Below, piece by piece: positions 42,001 to 52,781 of a stretch of DNA of 64,000 nucleotides (position 1 is its first letter; each line of letters begins with the position of its first letter). The notes beneath the pieces were generated by a model. The model had not been told where the DNA came from. It did not search any database and worked only from the letters and a program-made list of their open reading frames with translations. The position numbers and the translations under genes were made by a program. The DNA comes from Paraspadella gotoi. Its lineage: Eukaryota > Animalia > Chaetognatha. The stretch lies in assembly GCA_051294375.1 (NCBI GenBank), contig CM119264.1, positions 20,488,248 through 20,552,247 on the forward strand. Reading direction: 5' to 3'.

Positions 42001-45000
42001 AAGAAAATTTGCATATTTAAGCAGTGAATGGGCAACTTTTTCATGGAGGATAAGCTCCTGGATACAAAAGCCAAAGCCCCCCAAAATTTCATGAGGAAAA
42101 CAGGATGGAGGTGCTCGAAGGTTATCCGGAATCCTCGCCTGATTGCAACATCATCGGAAATGTTCTGTCAAGGATGAAAAGGACATTTGCAGTACACTAA
42201 TATTTTCCCAGCCTCTACGACTCTCTCTCTTTTGTCTCTGACGGAGCTGGAAGCAATAGTGGTCCGACAATGTATTAACTAACTGAGTCCTAAAAATATT
42301 ATTTTTCCTTCAAATAACGAAATAAAATGCTTTTATCATAACTATAAACTTTTTAGAGCAGATCTGTATTGGCTTTGACATAAGATATCTTTTAGGTTGC
42401 TACTGCGTAAAATGGCAAAGGATAATAATAGGCAGAGGTTGGGGTTTTTTCAACAAAAATTTTAGAAATTTAATTCTGCGTCTTTTAAAGAAAATTTTTC
42501 CTTCGTGAACACTAAAGACGCTTTTTTCTTTTCTTCTATCGGATATCGGTAAATGGAACAAAGAGAAAAAATGGCCAAGCCACACGTTTAAAAAAAAACG
42601 GGGAGGAGAAAGAAATAAGCATATAAATTTTTTTAAATTTCTTTTCCCTCAAATCGCATATTGGTTTGAACAAAGCGGTTTTCAAAAGACCTTACAAAAA
42701 TAATAAGCTCTCGACAGCCCTCTTGTCAATTGTCAGTTCCCCTAACCGCTACGCGATTCAACTTATGCTGCTAATAAATTAAATATTACTCATTCACCTG
42801 ATTAAACTTCCAGGAGAATGTCACAGTGGACTTGATCTTAACGATTTCATTATCGCGATGTGGAGGTTGAGCGCATGATGACGGCTACCACTTGAAAAGC
42901 CGAAAATGAGTAACCGAGACCTCAGACGCAGAGGTTTGGCGCGGCTCTTAAAGTCATCGTCCGTCAGATCATCTAGAGTTAATTTTTTTTTTTTTTATGA
43001 AGAAACTCATGACTTAAAACTCAATAAAAACAAAACTTGAAGATGTAATTTCTAGGTCATTAAACTCAAAATATATTTTTAAAAAATATAGGGTCTACAT
43101 AAAAAAAAAAACATAACCATCCTCTTTCCTTGCGCATTTCCCAACTTGCCTTCTGATTAGAGCCCCAATTCTGAAATAAGAAAGCGAACCACTTCGCATA
43201 ACTCGCGTCGATCCGCCGTGTCAGTTGGTGGGCTTGTTTGTCCGCCAAGAGGAGGTTACGCTTGACGACGTCTGGGTCGTCGCGCGTCCGCCCAGAGCCA
43301 CAAGAGGCGCTGAAGGAGTGTGGAGAATGTGTTGGTGATGGAGGAGAACTTGTACGATTGTTCGCATGCACTCGATTCGACTGAACGGGTACAATACGTT
43401 TTCATCATGTAATATTATCCGGCCAGGATAGGCTTCGCCTGCGCCGGCTCTTATAATGTTTTTAGGATTCCTTCTGTTGAGTGACGTACGTCGTCATCGT
43501 CGTCGGCGTCGTGGCGTCACGCTCTTATTTAATATTAAAACTACTACGCTTTTATAGGTTTGGCTGGACTTACCGCTTGTTTAAAATAAATTATTATGGC
43601 ATTAAATGATAAAGTTTTACAAAAGTGTCAATCAATAGTAAGCTAATTGATNNNNNNNNNNNNNNNNNNNNNNNNNAATTAAAGTTAAATTTAGAAATTT
43701 TACTACGCCTTACTAGCGAGGGACTCACTTTGGTTTTGGCGGCCAAGAGCTGATTGCTGACGACCCTGTCCGCGAGCAGCAAGACTTTGGTGACGGCGGA
43801 AAGGAGCCTCCGCGCGGCGCGGACGAGGGATGTCTTGTCCTTGAAAGAGGCGCCGCCCGACGCCGCCGACGACGAGTCCGTCATATTTCGGAGATCCTCG
43901 GCGGCGGCCGCCGTCAGGTGGCGGATCTTTTCTCCTGGGGGAATTAAGGGTCATTTTAAAATCCAATTAAGGCCTATGCCTATTTATTTTTTGTTTCTTA
44001 TTCACATCGTATTGGTGATTAACATCGTTTTATGAGGAAAACGCATTTTTATTTGAGCAATATATTTCGGTTAACATTGCTTAACCATAGTTCATTTGCG
44101 AAGTAAATGCGAGAAAAACAGTCACAATAAAGTAAAAAAATATTTTGGTTAAAATCATTAAAATTATTATCATCGACATTATCATCGCAGGAAACGGATT
44201 GATCATGATCAATGATCATAAACCACGCCTACTTCCTTCGTTGTTATTATCCACTTTTTTATTTTAATATATTTATATTTTTATATTTTAATATATTTTA
44301 TATTTTCATCGTCATCATTATTACTTATAAATTATAATCTTCATCATGATATTTTTTATCGGTAATCAGGCTGAAATGACTGTATCCAAAAAAGTTAAAT
44401 ATATTTATTTAAGAACAACATGTTAACGGAAGCGAACTGGGTTGACCGAAAACATGTTCTGCAATCAACTCCATCACGTCTTCTTAATATTCATTATCCT
44501 CAGCATCGTCACAGGTGATTATCATTGTCGTCGTCATCATAATTATCGTCATCCTCGTCAACGATAACAAAAATTTATTTGCAGGAACGTTGAAATTGTT
44601 TGCGAAAAAGATTAGGAAAATGGAAAAGATTCAGATTTCATTATTCGCCTTAATTTTCTTTCTTTTTTTTTCTTTACAAGCAATATTAAAGCTTTGAGAC
44701 AATTCTCGATTAAATCAACGTCCAGGGTGTGATGATATTTTTCGTCGAATACAAACCTGGAGAAGATGCTGTATGCACTTTTGTTTGCGCTTTTTGCGAT
44801 TCCGAAAATTAGTGCAATATTTAACTTTCAATGTGGTTCTTACTCCTTGAGCGGGTTAGGAGCCGGCATCGCTGAAGAGGAATGCTACAAAAAGCTGATC
44901 CCTCCAACCACGGCACCGACCTTCCTCACTTCCGCATCAACTAACCCCTGTCTCGTCTGTTCGGGATTTTCTTCGTGGAAGAATTCCGCCTCAGAAACCA

Positions 45001-48000
45001 CAACAAACGACTCCATCCATGCAGCCTTGGACGACGCGACGAGCAATTCCTCCTTCACCACTTATAACCGTACTTTCGGCAGAGTGCGCTTTGAACTCCA
45101 GCCCACAACCAAACGTTGGCAGCAAGCGGCAAGGGCGTGTTGGGACTTGGGAGGTTCTTTGGTCAACTCGGAGGATGACTTTGAAGTGTTCCATATAATC
45201 ATGAAGGACCAGAGAAGCTGGCTTGGAGCAATTGAGAATATAAGTAAGTAGAAAATAAAGGGACGGGAGATAAAAGCCATTTAGCTTTAATTTGACCATT
45301 GAAGAAAATACAGTAGGCAGTATTTATCAGGAATCAGGTAATTAAATATATTAGTTGGTCGATTTTATTTGGTGATTTTTATTTTGGTGAAGAGACAGTA
45401 ATTATTGATAAGTGTTAATGACAGAACGTTCAATATAAGCAGTCCCTGAGTTTCGGATCAGCTTTAACACCGAGTTATAGGCGTTAAGCGCCCCGTCCCT
45501 CTAAACTGCTAGGCGACCACCGGGCTAGAACCCTGGACCTTTGGGTTGGAGGCGAATGACTTCCTCCGGCACCAATGGCCGCTGATGAACGGTTGGTGGA
45601 TTTTAGTCCACCATACATCCCCCCTCCCGTAGGGAGAAGTCTGTTGCGTCTCTTCGGTGAATTGTTGTTGTTGGTGGAAAGTTCGTCACCAGTTGAGGCA
45701 TGTCGCCTGATGTGTTGTGGAAGAAAGTGCATCGCCAGGTTGAGGTATGTCGCCTGAAAGTGTTGTTGCTGTTGTGTTCGGAAGTCGGCTCACCAATGAA
45801 GAGACAGTAATTATTGATAAGTGTTAATGACAGAACCGTTCAATATAAGCAGTCCCTGAGCTTCAGATCCGGCTGTAACACCGAGTTACAGGCGGGTTAA
45901 GCGCCCCGTCCCTCTAAACTGCTAGGCGACCACCGGCTAGAACCCCGGACCTTTGGGGTTGAGGCGAATGACTTGCCTCCGCACCAATGGCCGCTGATGA
46001 ACGGTTGGTGATTTTAGTCTCACCAATAACTGGTATACTTAAAATTTTTGGTTTTTTATAGGACACAATGAAAAATGGCGTAACGTTACTGTTCCGTGCA
46101 TAAAAAAAAATTCACTGTTCAATATTATTATATTTCTTTTTATTTTTTGAAACATTATAGTTTCATATGTTGATATCCAAAATATCAATGAAAAATCTTT
46201 TTTTGTTTTTTAGATATGTCTGAATATAGGGTGAAAAATGATAAATTTTTTAAAAAAGTTACTTATTCATATTTATTNNNNNNNNNNNNNNNNNNNNNNN
46301 NNATATATTTATATTTTTATATTTTAATATATTTTATATTTTCATCGTCATCAATTATTACTTATAAATTATAATCTTCATGATATTTTTTATCGGTAAT
46401 CAGGCTGAAATGACTGTATCCAAAAAAGTTAAATATATTTATTTAGAACAACATGTTAACGGAAGCGAACTGGGTTGACCGAAAAACATGTTCTGCAATC
46501 AACTCCATCACGTCTTCTTAATATTCATTATGCTTCAGCATCGTCGTCATCATAATTATCGTCATCCTCGTCAACGATAACAAAAATTTATTTGCAGGAA
46601 CGTTGAAATTGTTTGAGAAAAGATTAGGAAAATGGAAAAGATTCAGATTTCATTATTCGCCTTAATTTTCTTTCTTTTTTTTTCTTTACAAGCAATATTA
46701 AAGCTTTGAGACAATTCTCGATTAAATCAACGTCCAGGGTGTGATGATATTTTTCGTCGAATACAAACCTGGAGAAGATGCTGTATGCACTTTTGTTTGC
46801 GCTTTTTGCGATTCCGAAAATTAGTGCAATATTTAACTTTCAATGTGGTTCTTACTCCTTGAGCGGGTTAGGAGCCGGCATCGCTGAAGAGGAATGCTAC
46901 AAAAAGCTGATCCCTCCAACCACGGCACCGACCTTCCTCACTTCCGCATCACTAACCCCTGTCTCGTCTGTTCGGGATTTTCTTCGTGGAAGAATTCCGC
47001 CTCAGAAACCACAACAAACGACTCCATCCATGCAGCCTTGGACGACGCGACGAGCAATTCCTCCTTCACCACTTATAACCGTACTTTCGGCAGAGTGCGC
47101 TTTGAACTCCAGCCCACAACCAAACGTTGGCAGCAAGCGGCAAGGGCGTGTTGGGACTTGGGAGGTTCTTTGGTCAACTCGGGGGATGACTTTGAAGTGT
47201 TCCATATAATCATGAAGGACCAGAGAAGCTGGCTTGGAGCAATTGAGAATATAAGTAAGTAGAAAATAAAGGGACGGGAGAAAAAAGCCATTTAGCTTTA
47301 ATTTGACCATTGAAGAAAATACAGTAGGCAGTATTTATCAGGAATCAGGTAATTAAATATATTAGTTGGTCGATTTTATTTGGTGATTTTTATTTTGGTG
47401 AAGAGACAGTAATTATTGATAAGTGTTAATGACAGAACCGTTCAATATAAGCAGTCCCTGAGTTTCGGATCAGGCTGTAACACCGAGTTATAGGCGGGTT
47501 AAGCGCCCCGTCCCTCTAAACTGCTAGGCGACCACCGGGCTAGAACCCTGGACCTTTGGGTTGGGAGGCGAATGACTTGCCTCCGGCACCAATGGCCGCT
47601 GATGAACGGTTGGTGGATTTTAGTCCACCATACATCCCCCCTCCCGTAGGGAGAAGTCTGTTGCGTCTCTTCAGTGAATTGTTGTTGTTGGTAGAAAGTT
47701 CGTCACCAAGTTGAGGCATGTCGCCTGATGTGTTGTGGGCGGAAAGTGCATCGCCAGGTTGAGGTATGTCGCCTGAAAGTGTTGTTGCTGTTGTGTTCGG
47801 AAGTCGGGCTCACCAATGAAGAGACAGTAATTATTGATAAGTGTTAATGACAGAACCGTTCAATATAAGCAGTCCCTGAGCTTCAGATCCGGCTGTAACA
47901 CCGAGTTACAGGCGGGTTAAGCGCCCGTCCCTCTAAACTGCTAGGCGACCACCGGGCTAGAACCCCGGACCTTTGGGTTGGGAGGCGAATGACTTGCCTC

Positions 48001-51000
48001 CGGCACCAATGGCCGCTGATGAACGGTTGGTGGATTTTAGTCCACCATACTGGTATACTTTAAAATTTTTGGTTTTTTATAGGACACAATGAAAAATGGC
48101 GTAACGTTACTGTTCCGTGCATAAAAAAAAAATTCACTGTTCAATATTATTATATTTCTTTTTATTTTTTGAAACATTATAGTTTCATATGTTGATATCC
48201 AAAATATCAATGAAAAATCTTTTTTTGTTTTTTAGATATGTCTGAATATAGGGTGAAAAATGATAAATTTTTTAAAAAAGTTACTTATTCATATTTATTC
48301 ATAGAATTGTAATAGAAAAAAAAATAGTACTAATAGTTAGTGTTATGTCTCAAATAGATGGAAAAAAAACTCATTTAAAAATTCGATCGGGAAGTGGGGT
48401 AACTAAGGCTTACCAATAGCATCCTCCACGCCGATTGTTCTCTCAATAATTTTTTTTATTTAATACATTTGAAAGGGAAAAAAGAAAATTCCGAATGCAG
48501 GTTGCAGAAAGGTACAGATAATCTGGACTTTTTGACATGATAACCATGACCTTTTATATTTTGTGAAATGGGGCAGTAAAAAATCTAAAAAAATTCATCA
48601 TTAAGTCAGTCAATGAACCCTTTTCAATGGGCTATTACGAGAAATATTTTTTCTTAATTAAAATGGATGATAAATAATAGAATTAAATTCCTTGCTATAT
48701 TTAAAAAAAAATTATCAATACAATTTAACACAATGATGTTTTGTTTGTCAAATATGTTACCAGCTATATAATTTTTTACAACTTTATTATGATAAACAAG
48801 CAGTTTGTCAAGCTTTTAGTTTGCAGCTAAAGATAATAAAAAATGACCATTTTTTTTTACAGACAAAAAGGTAGATGTCCAGACTGTTTATATCAAGCTG
48901 AAAACATTTTTGTATTTATCATTTTTAATATTTAAAAATATATTTTATCAAGCTACAACATAAATTTTTGCTTGTTTTTTACTTTAACTGAAAAATATAA
49001 GCAATTTTATGGAATAAAGAAAATTTAATAATAAACAAAATGTAATTCAGTCTTTCCTTTTTCAAATTACAAAAGAAAAAGAAAAAATTTCATATGCCTT
49101 TATTGAAATTTTTAAAGCAAAAAACTGTTATACTTTTAACTCTGATTTAAAAAAGCTGTGTAAAGATTAGATTTAATTTAATAAAACTCTTTTAGAAAGG
49201 TGTCCCATGATTAGGGCTTTAATTTGATACCACATCCACCTTGCTACCTCTTTTCTTTCAAAAGTTATTTAAAAAAATATTTTTTTTAAATTACGCAGTA
49301 CAAATCTTTGTTAAATAAAAATTTCGGCAAAGCGGGAGTATCTCACTTATTTCTATTGGTACAATACTTAAATTTCAAAATAAAACTTGAAGAAATTTTT
49401 TTGTCATTTAGAGACATATCACTTTCAGATGTACCCATCGTATAATAATTTATTTATTTATTTCCCCCAAAAAAGCCTAATTAGAAAAGTTGAAATTTTT
49501 CTAATTGTTAAAAAAAAATTTTGTCCGACCTATGCTCATTGAGAATAATGGTTTGCATAGAAAATCAAAATATCAAAAAATTTTAAAAAATCAGCCTCTA
49601 AAAAAATCGAAAGGCTAGAGGTTGATTTTTTTAGAATTGCAAAAATTTTTTTCCTGACTCATAATCCATTATTCTCAAGTTTCAAAATATTTTTTTCCAA
49701 AATCATTCAATCAATTTTTTTTATTAATTTAAAATGTTTTTATGTTGTTTTTGTTTAAAGAATTGAAAAAAAGTGAAAAATATAGTAATTATTATAGCTT
49801 TTTGAAAATACCTTTAAATTATTAAATAATATGACACGAGGGAGTAAGCAGAGAAATCTTTCATTCATAAAGAAAATTGAAAATGAATTTGTCATATTGT
49901 TATTTAGATTAATTGACTATTTACAAACCAATGATTCATATAAATTGAGGAAATGATGGGTAAAAAATATTCATCTTGGTCTCGGTTAACTATTAAGTTA
50001 TCGTTAAAGTTTTGTTTTAATAATATTAATATTTTTTTTGCATTTATAAAGCAATGGTCTAAAATTTTGTAAGCGTTTCGAGCTATATTGCTTCATCTTT
50101 TTACTATTTTTGATCTAGTTAGCTTTTTTTGTTGATGGTCAAGGGTTATGGTCAGATACAGTAATGTCCAGTAGTGTATATCGCACATATTACCAAAGTA
50201 ATGATCAATTAATTTGGCTCAGAAACAATTTTAAAGGGATAAAATCAGCACGAGACCGTTTCGCCACGTTATTTTTCATTGTGTCATAGGCTGGCTCTGG
50301 GTATTAAATATGCGGAAAACTCGTCCGATTCCCGCCGAATTTATGACGAAACATCGACTACATCTTGTATTTTCACGGAATCAATGCCTTCTCTTTAAAA
50401 ACGGACTATTGAAGAGATCAGGATGCGACGCAAAACGGCCATACGTTTGTCAATTTAAATGATCAAATGACACGCAAAAAAACCGCAACTTTTTTTCGTT
50501 TCTCATTTGGGTTTTTTATAGATTTGTCGCGTGGTTTCAATTTTAAGACAACAGTTTTCTTTGTTTTTATTATGGATACTATAAGCGTATGGTCGTAAGA
50601 TTATGAAAAAAATTGCAAGGAGCTCACCCGCTTGTCCGGCTTCTTCGGCCGCGTCAATCATCTCGTCGCGGACGTCGGGATGTTCGGCTGCGATGGTTCG
50701 ACCCACCTCGACGAACTTCGCCACTGCCACGCCAATCGCCTCCCCGACTCGAATCTGATTATGATTTATGAATCCAAAATCCAAATAAAGACTATGCAGT
50801 CTAATGATGATTTTTTAATTGGGGTCACTTTGATAATTTTACATTAAAAAAAAAACAAGTTGGCTCTTAGAAACTTTTGTTCCTGTGTTTGGTCGGATAT
50901 GCTTATCAGCAGATTCCGTCTCTATTATTCACTCTGTCGGTCCGTCGGTCCCACCCCTAAATCTTGTCGGTAAATCATTTTTATCACATCAGACCATCAT

Positions 51001-52781
51001 ATTATGATAAATTAAGCAAAAAAAAAAAAAAAAACGATGTCCGTCTGTCTGTCTGACTGTCTGTCTGTCTGACTGTTCGTCTCCCTTTAGCAAAAAATTC
51101 CAATTACTCGTGATTGGATGGATGGATTGGAATAAAATTTTGTGTGTGGTTACTGGTTAGGAAAGTGTATGATTGAGCTGGATATAAAGTTTAGATGGAA
51201 TCGTGCGAGTGGAAATGAGTTCAAATGGAAATAACATGAGTCACTTTTATTTGAATCTTTTAACTCATTTCAACCCATAATTACTCGAATTTATCATAAT
51301 TGGATGGATAGATTGAAATTAAATTTTATGTGTGGGTAGGAAAGTGTGTGATGAAGCTGAATATAAAGTTTAGTTGGAATCGTGTGAGTGGAAATGAGTT
51401 TAAATGGAAAAAAACATAAGTCAATTTTATTTGAATCTTTTTACTCATTTTAACCCATAATTACTCAAATTTATCATAATTGGATCGATAGATTGAGATT
51501 AAATTTTGTGTGTGGGTAGGAAAGTGTGTGATTGAGCACGATATAAAGTTTCGATGGAATCGAGGAGTGGAAATGAGTTTGCATGCAAAAAAACAAAGTC
51601 AAGTTGACTTTAATTTTTATTATTTATGCTTACTCATGAATTAAGTGAAAAATGATGCAAATTTAAAAAATGATGCAAGTTTAAAAAATTATGCTCGGAC
51701 GATTCCCTCACACAAAATTTCATTCCAATCCATCCAATCACGAGTAATTGGTGTTTTTTGCTAAGGTGGGACGGACGGACGGACGGACGGACGGACATTG
51801 TTTTTTTTTGCATTATTTATCATAATTCGATGATCTGACATGATATAAGTAAGTGCCCGACAATATTGAGGGGGCGGACCGACGGACCGACAGTGAATTA
51901 CAGAATCGGGATCTGCTGAAGATCCGACTAAAAATGATGCAAGTTGAAAAAAGTATGCAAGTTTAAAAAAATGATGCAAGCTGAAAAAAATTATGCGATT
52001 TTGAAAAATGATGTGAGTTAAAAAATGATGCAAGTTAAAAAAATGATGCAAATTTAAAAAATGATGGAAGTTGAAAAAAGTATGCAAGTTGAAAAAGTTA
52101 TGCAAGTTGAAAAAATTATGCGAGTTAGAAAAATGGAGTTAGATAAAAAAAATGATGTGAGTTTAAAAAATGATGCAAGTGAAAAAAAGTGGAAAAAATA
52201 ATAATAGTTAAAAATATTATTTGTACTTTATTTGTAATTATTTCTACTATAGTATTTATTTATTTATTTATTTATTTGATTACCGCTTAATTATCGTAGG
52301 CAGATCCGACATTGTTTGCTCAAACTTGTTAGAACATTTTTCAGATTAGTAAAAACTGTTTTATGATAACTTACCAACGTTTTGACCGTCCGATCGCATT
52401 TTCTAATTCTTTCCTTGTGATTCACCAACGTAGTTATCTGTAGTTACAAAAAAGAATCTTTTTAGCTACTAGTATCGTAGTAGTTGTACTAATTATCATT
52501 AAGATTAACTTGAGCACCGATTTTGTGGACGGCTGGACTCGTCTCTCTTTTCTTAATAAACGTTAAAAATTTGTGCTTTCAGTGTTCTTTTTATGTATTT
52601 TTACTATATGCTTCAAAATATAATTTTCAGTACATCCTACATAGTATTTCTGCTTCTCACTTTTGACCTGAGTTACGAGCGGAATCAACGTCTGTTCAAC
52701 GGATCGAGTCTTGATCTCCAGATTCAACGGTCTCAAGCTGCCCGTCGACGGATCCAAATCCTCGATCGCGTCCACCGTCAT
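16291..52781 (-). CDS. CTNNAL1: Alpha-catulin (vinculin/alpha-catenin family), ~20 exons
   Basis: Exons 52781-52668 (LEIKTRSVEQTLIPLVTQ), 52437-52375 (ITTLVNHKE), 50754-50628, 43934-43729 (LVRAARRLLSAVTKVLLLADRVV), 21935-21879, 21798-21713 (FGSEMVDLAHLTGDRQNDLKDEKRR), 21248-21182 (AQMAAARAVLEKSTMMLLTSCK), 21094-20977, 20846-20693, eight exons ~20030-18189 (DFTDSAYTNHEYRERIL; YMSLPRPGKHG), 18052-17969, 16886-16758, 16410-16291 (stop). The span is inflated by the ~19-kb inverted duplicate inside intron 4. Confidence 0.93.
16997..17693 (+). CDS. Uncharacterised single-pass membrane protein with Cys-rich juxtamembrane region; nested antisense in alpha-catulin intron 16887-17968
   Basis: Frame-consistent exons 16997-17110, 17183-17319, 17375-17456, 17534-17693 give ...MRKKRWDFGDYYDWSQNTSDWMDYSHDQIDNRPLSSAEIIFYAKVGAIVAAVLLICCCCVCFVICGPLAKGCGNCGKLCNLCCNACKDACCCYDPSYRLLKEGAEEMGLEMPPYDDYALWRDSIRHGTKEMIKEEIENDPKAFFTAFASK*. 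Start codon/first exon uncertain. Confidence 0.75.
20125..20622. mobile_element. hAT-type MITE (498 bp) in alpha-catulin intron
   Basis: TIRs TAAGGCGTAGTAAAA / TTTCACTACGCCTTA; 8-bp TSD GTCTACGT at 20117-20124 and 20623-20630. Related copy begins at 25110 (and rc at 43677-43712), interrupted by a DINE-like element. Confidence 0.87.
22400..24245. repeat. Very error-rich duplicated sequence (garbled copy of alpha-catulin exons 5-6 and the intron-4 repeats); probable raw-read fill
   Basis: ~22700-22900 is an insertion-laden version of 21710-21880 (GAGAACAGTTGTTTCTTATTTATT shared); ~22950-24100 tracks 26220-26830; ends at N gap 24246-24270. Confidence 0.65.
25441..26695 (+). mobile_element. DINE-1/HINE-like non-autonomous Helentron with central tandem repeats (duplicated at 27660-28911; partial inverted copy 26864-27347)
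   Basis: 5' hairpin AGTCGGATCTGC-TTATCA-GCAGATCCCGACT after a T run, (GTCC)n microsatellite, repeated AAATTTTGTGTGTGGGTAGG...GAGTGGAAATGAGTTTAAATG units, 3' subterminal IR GCAGATCC(G)AC plus stem-loop GTTTG-CT-CAAAC before TT. Confidence 0.75.
34117..34550 (+). repeat. (GGAAC/GAAAC)n pentameric satellite tract
   Basis: Directly visible tandem CGGAACGAAA units; the overlapping ORFs are just its translations. Confidence 0.9.
35150..35560 (+). repeat. Degenerate ~24-bp minisatellite (TTGGTTATCATCGCATCAAT...), also at 6062-6165
   Basis: Repeated GGTTATCATCGCATCAAT motifs seen directly at both loci. Confidence 0.75.
44766..45243 (+). CDS. C-type lectin domain gene, first coding exon (intact-frame copy; tandem/assembly duplicate of 46778-47254)
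   Basis: Signal peptide MLYALLFALFAIPKISA, Thr/Ser-rich linker, CTLD N-half KRWQQAARACWDLGGSLV...SWLG; donor A|GTAAGT. Region ~44270-46277 is repeated at 46303-48299 across an N gap. Confidence 0.7.
45388..46030 (-). mobile_element. TRIM-type miniature LTR retroelement (noisier duplicate of 47399-48051)
   Basis: Direct repeats 45388-45617 and 45797-46030 around a ~180-bp internal region; same flanks as the second copy. Confidence 0.75.
46778..50462 (+). CDS. Secreted C-type lectin-like domain protein nested antisense in alpha-catulin intron 3
   Basis: First coding exon 46778-47254 (1-bp deletion near 46950 relative to the 44766 copy) plus phase-1 terminal exon 50290-50462, absent from the ORF track: WLWVLNMRKTRPIPAEFMTKHRLHLVFSRNQCLLFKNGLLKRSGCDAKRPYVCQFK*, which supplies the WxW and C...C...YVC half of the CTLD. 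Probable 24-nt exon 47325-47348 in between. Confidence 0.78.
47399..48051 (-). mobile_element. TRIM (terminal-repeat retrotransposon in miniature), ~653 bp
   Basis: LTRs 47399-47634 and 47817-48051 (minus-strand 3' LTR TGTATGG...TCTTCA); PBS TGGTGAGCCCGAC (rc of 47803-47815) next to the 5' LTR; polypurine tract GGGAGGGGGGA (rc of 47635-47645) abutting the 3' LTR; 182-bp internal region with no gag/pol. Confidence 0.85.
50890..52330 (+). mobile_element. DINE-1/HINE-like element with 180-bp central tandem repeats, a nested inverted partial copy (~51705-51930) and a ~20-bp AAAAAATGATGCAAGTT minisatellite
   Basis: 5' hairpin GTCGGATATGC-TTATCA-GCAGATTCCGTC, (GTCT)n tract 51039-51075, units starting ~51135, 51321, 51501; 3' GCAGATCCGAC + GTTTGCTCAAAC stem-loop at 52300-52326. 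Confidence 0.75.

Larger units (their letters stand above)
24401..43651 (+). other. ~19-kb inverted, frameshift-riddled duplicate of alpha-catulin exons 4-20 (+), the nested Cys-rich gene, the TRP 3' exons and Tc1; likely misplaced alternative haplotype/long read
   Basis: 24401-25142 = rc of 43677-44427; 29190-43651 = rc of ~22330-11890 apart from an insertion at 33385-37570. Differences are mostly 1-bp indels, increasing towards 43.6 kb; lies between N gaps (24246-24270, 43652-43676). Confidence 0.88.

Noticed and set aside
51135-52190. Regularly spaced repeats superficially like a CRISPR array
   Set aside because: Units are tandem with no unique spacers, lie within a DINE-like element in a eukaryotic intron, and there are no cas genes.
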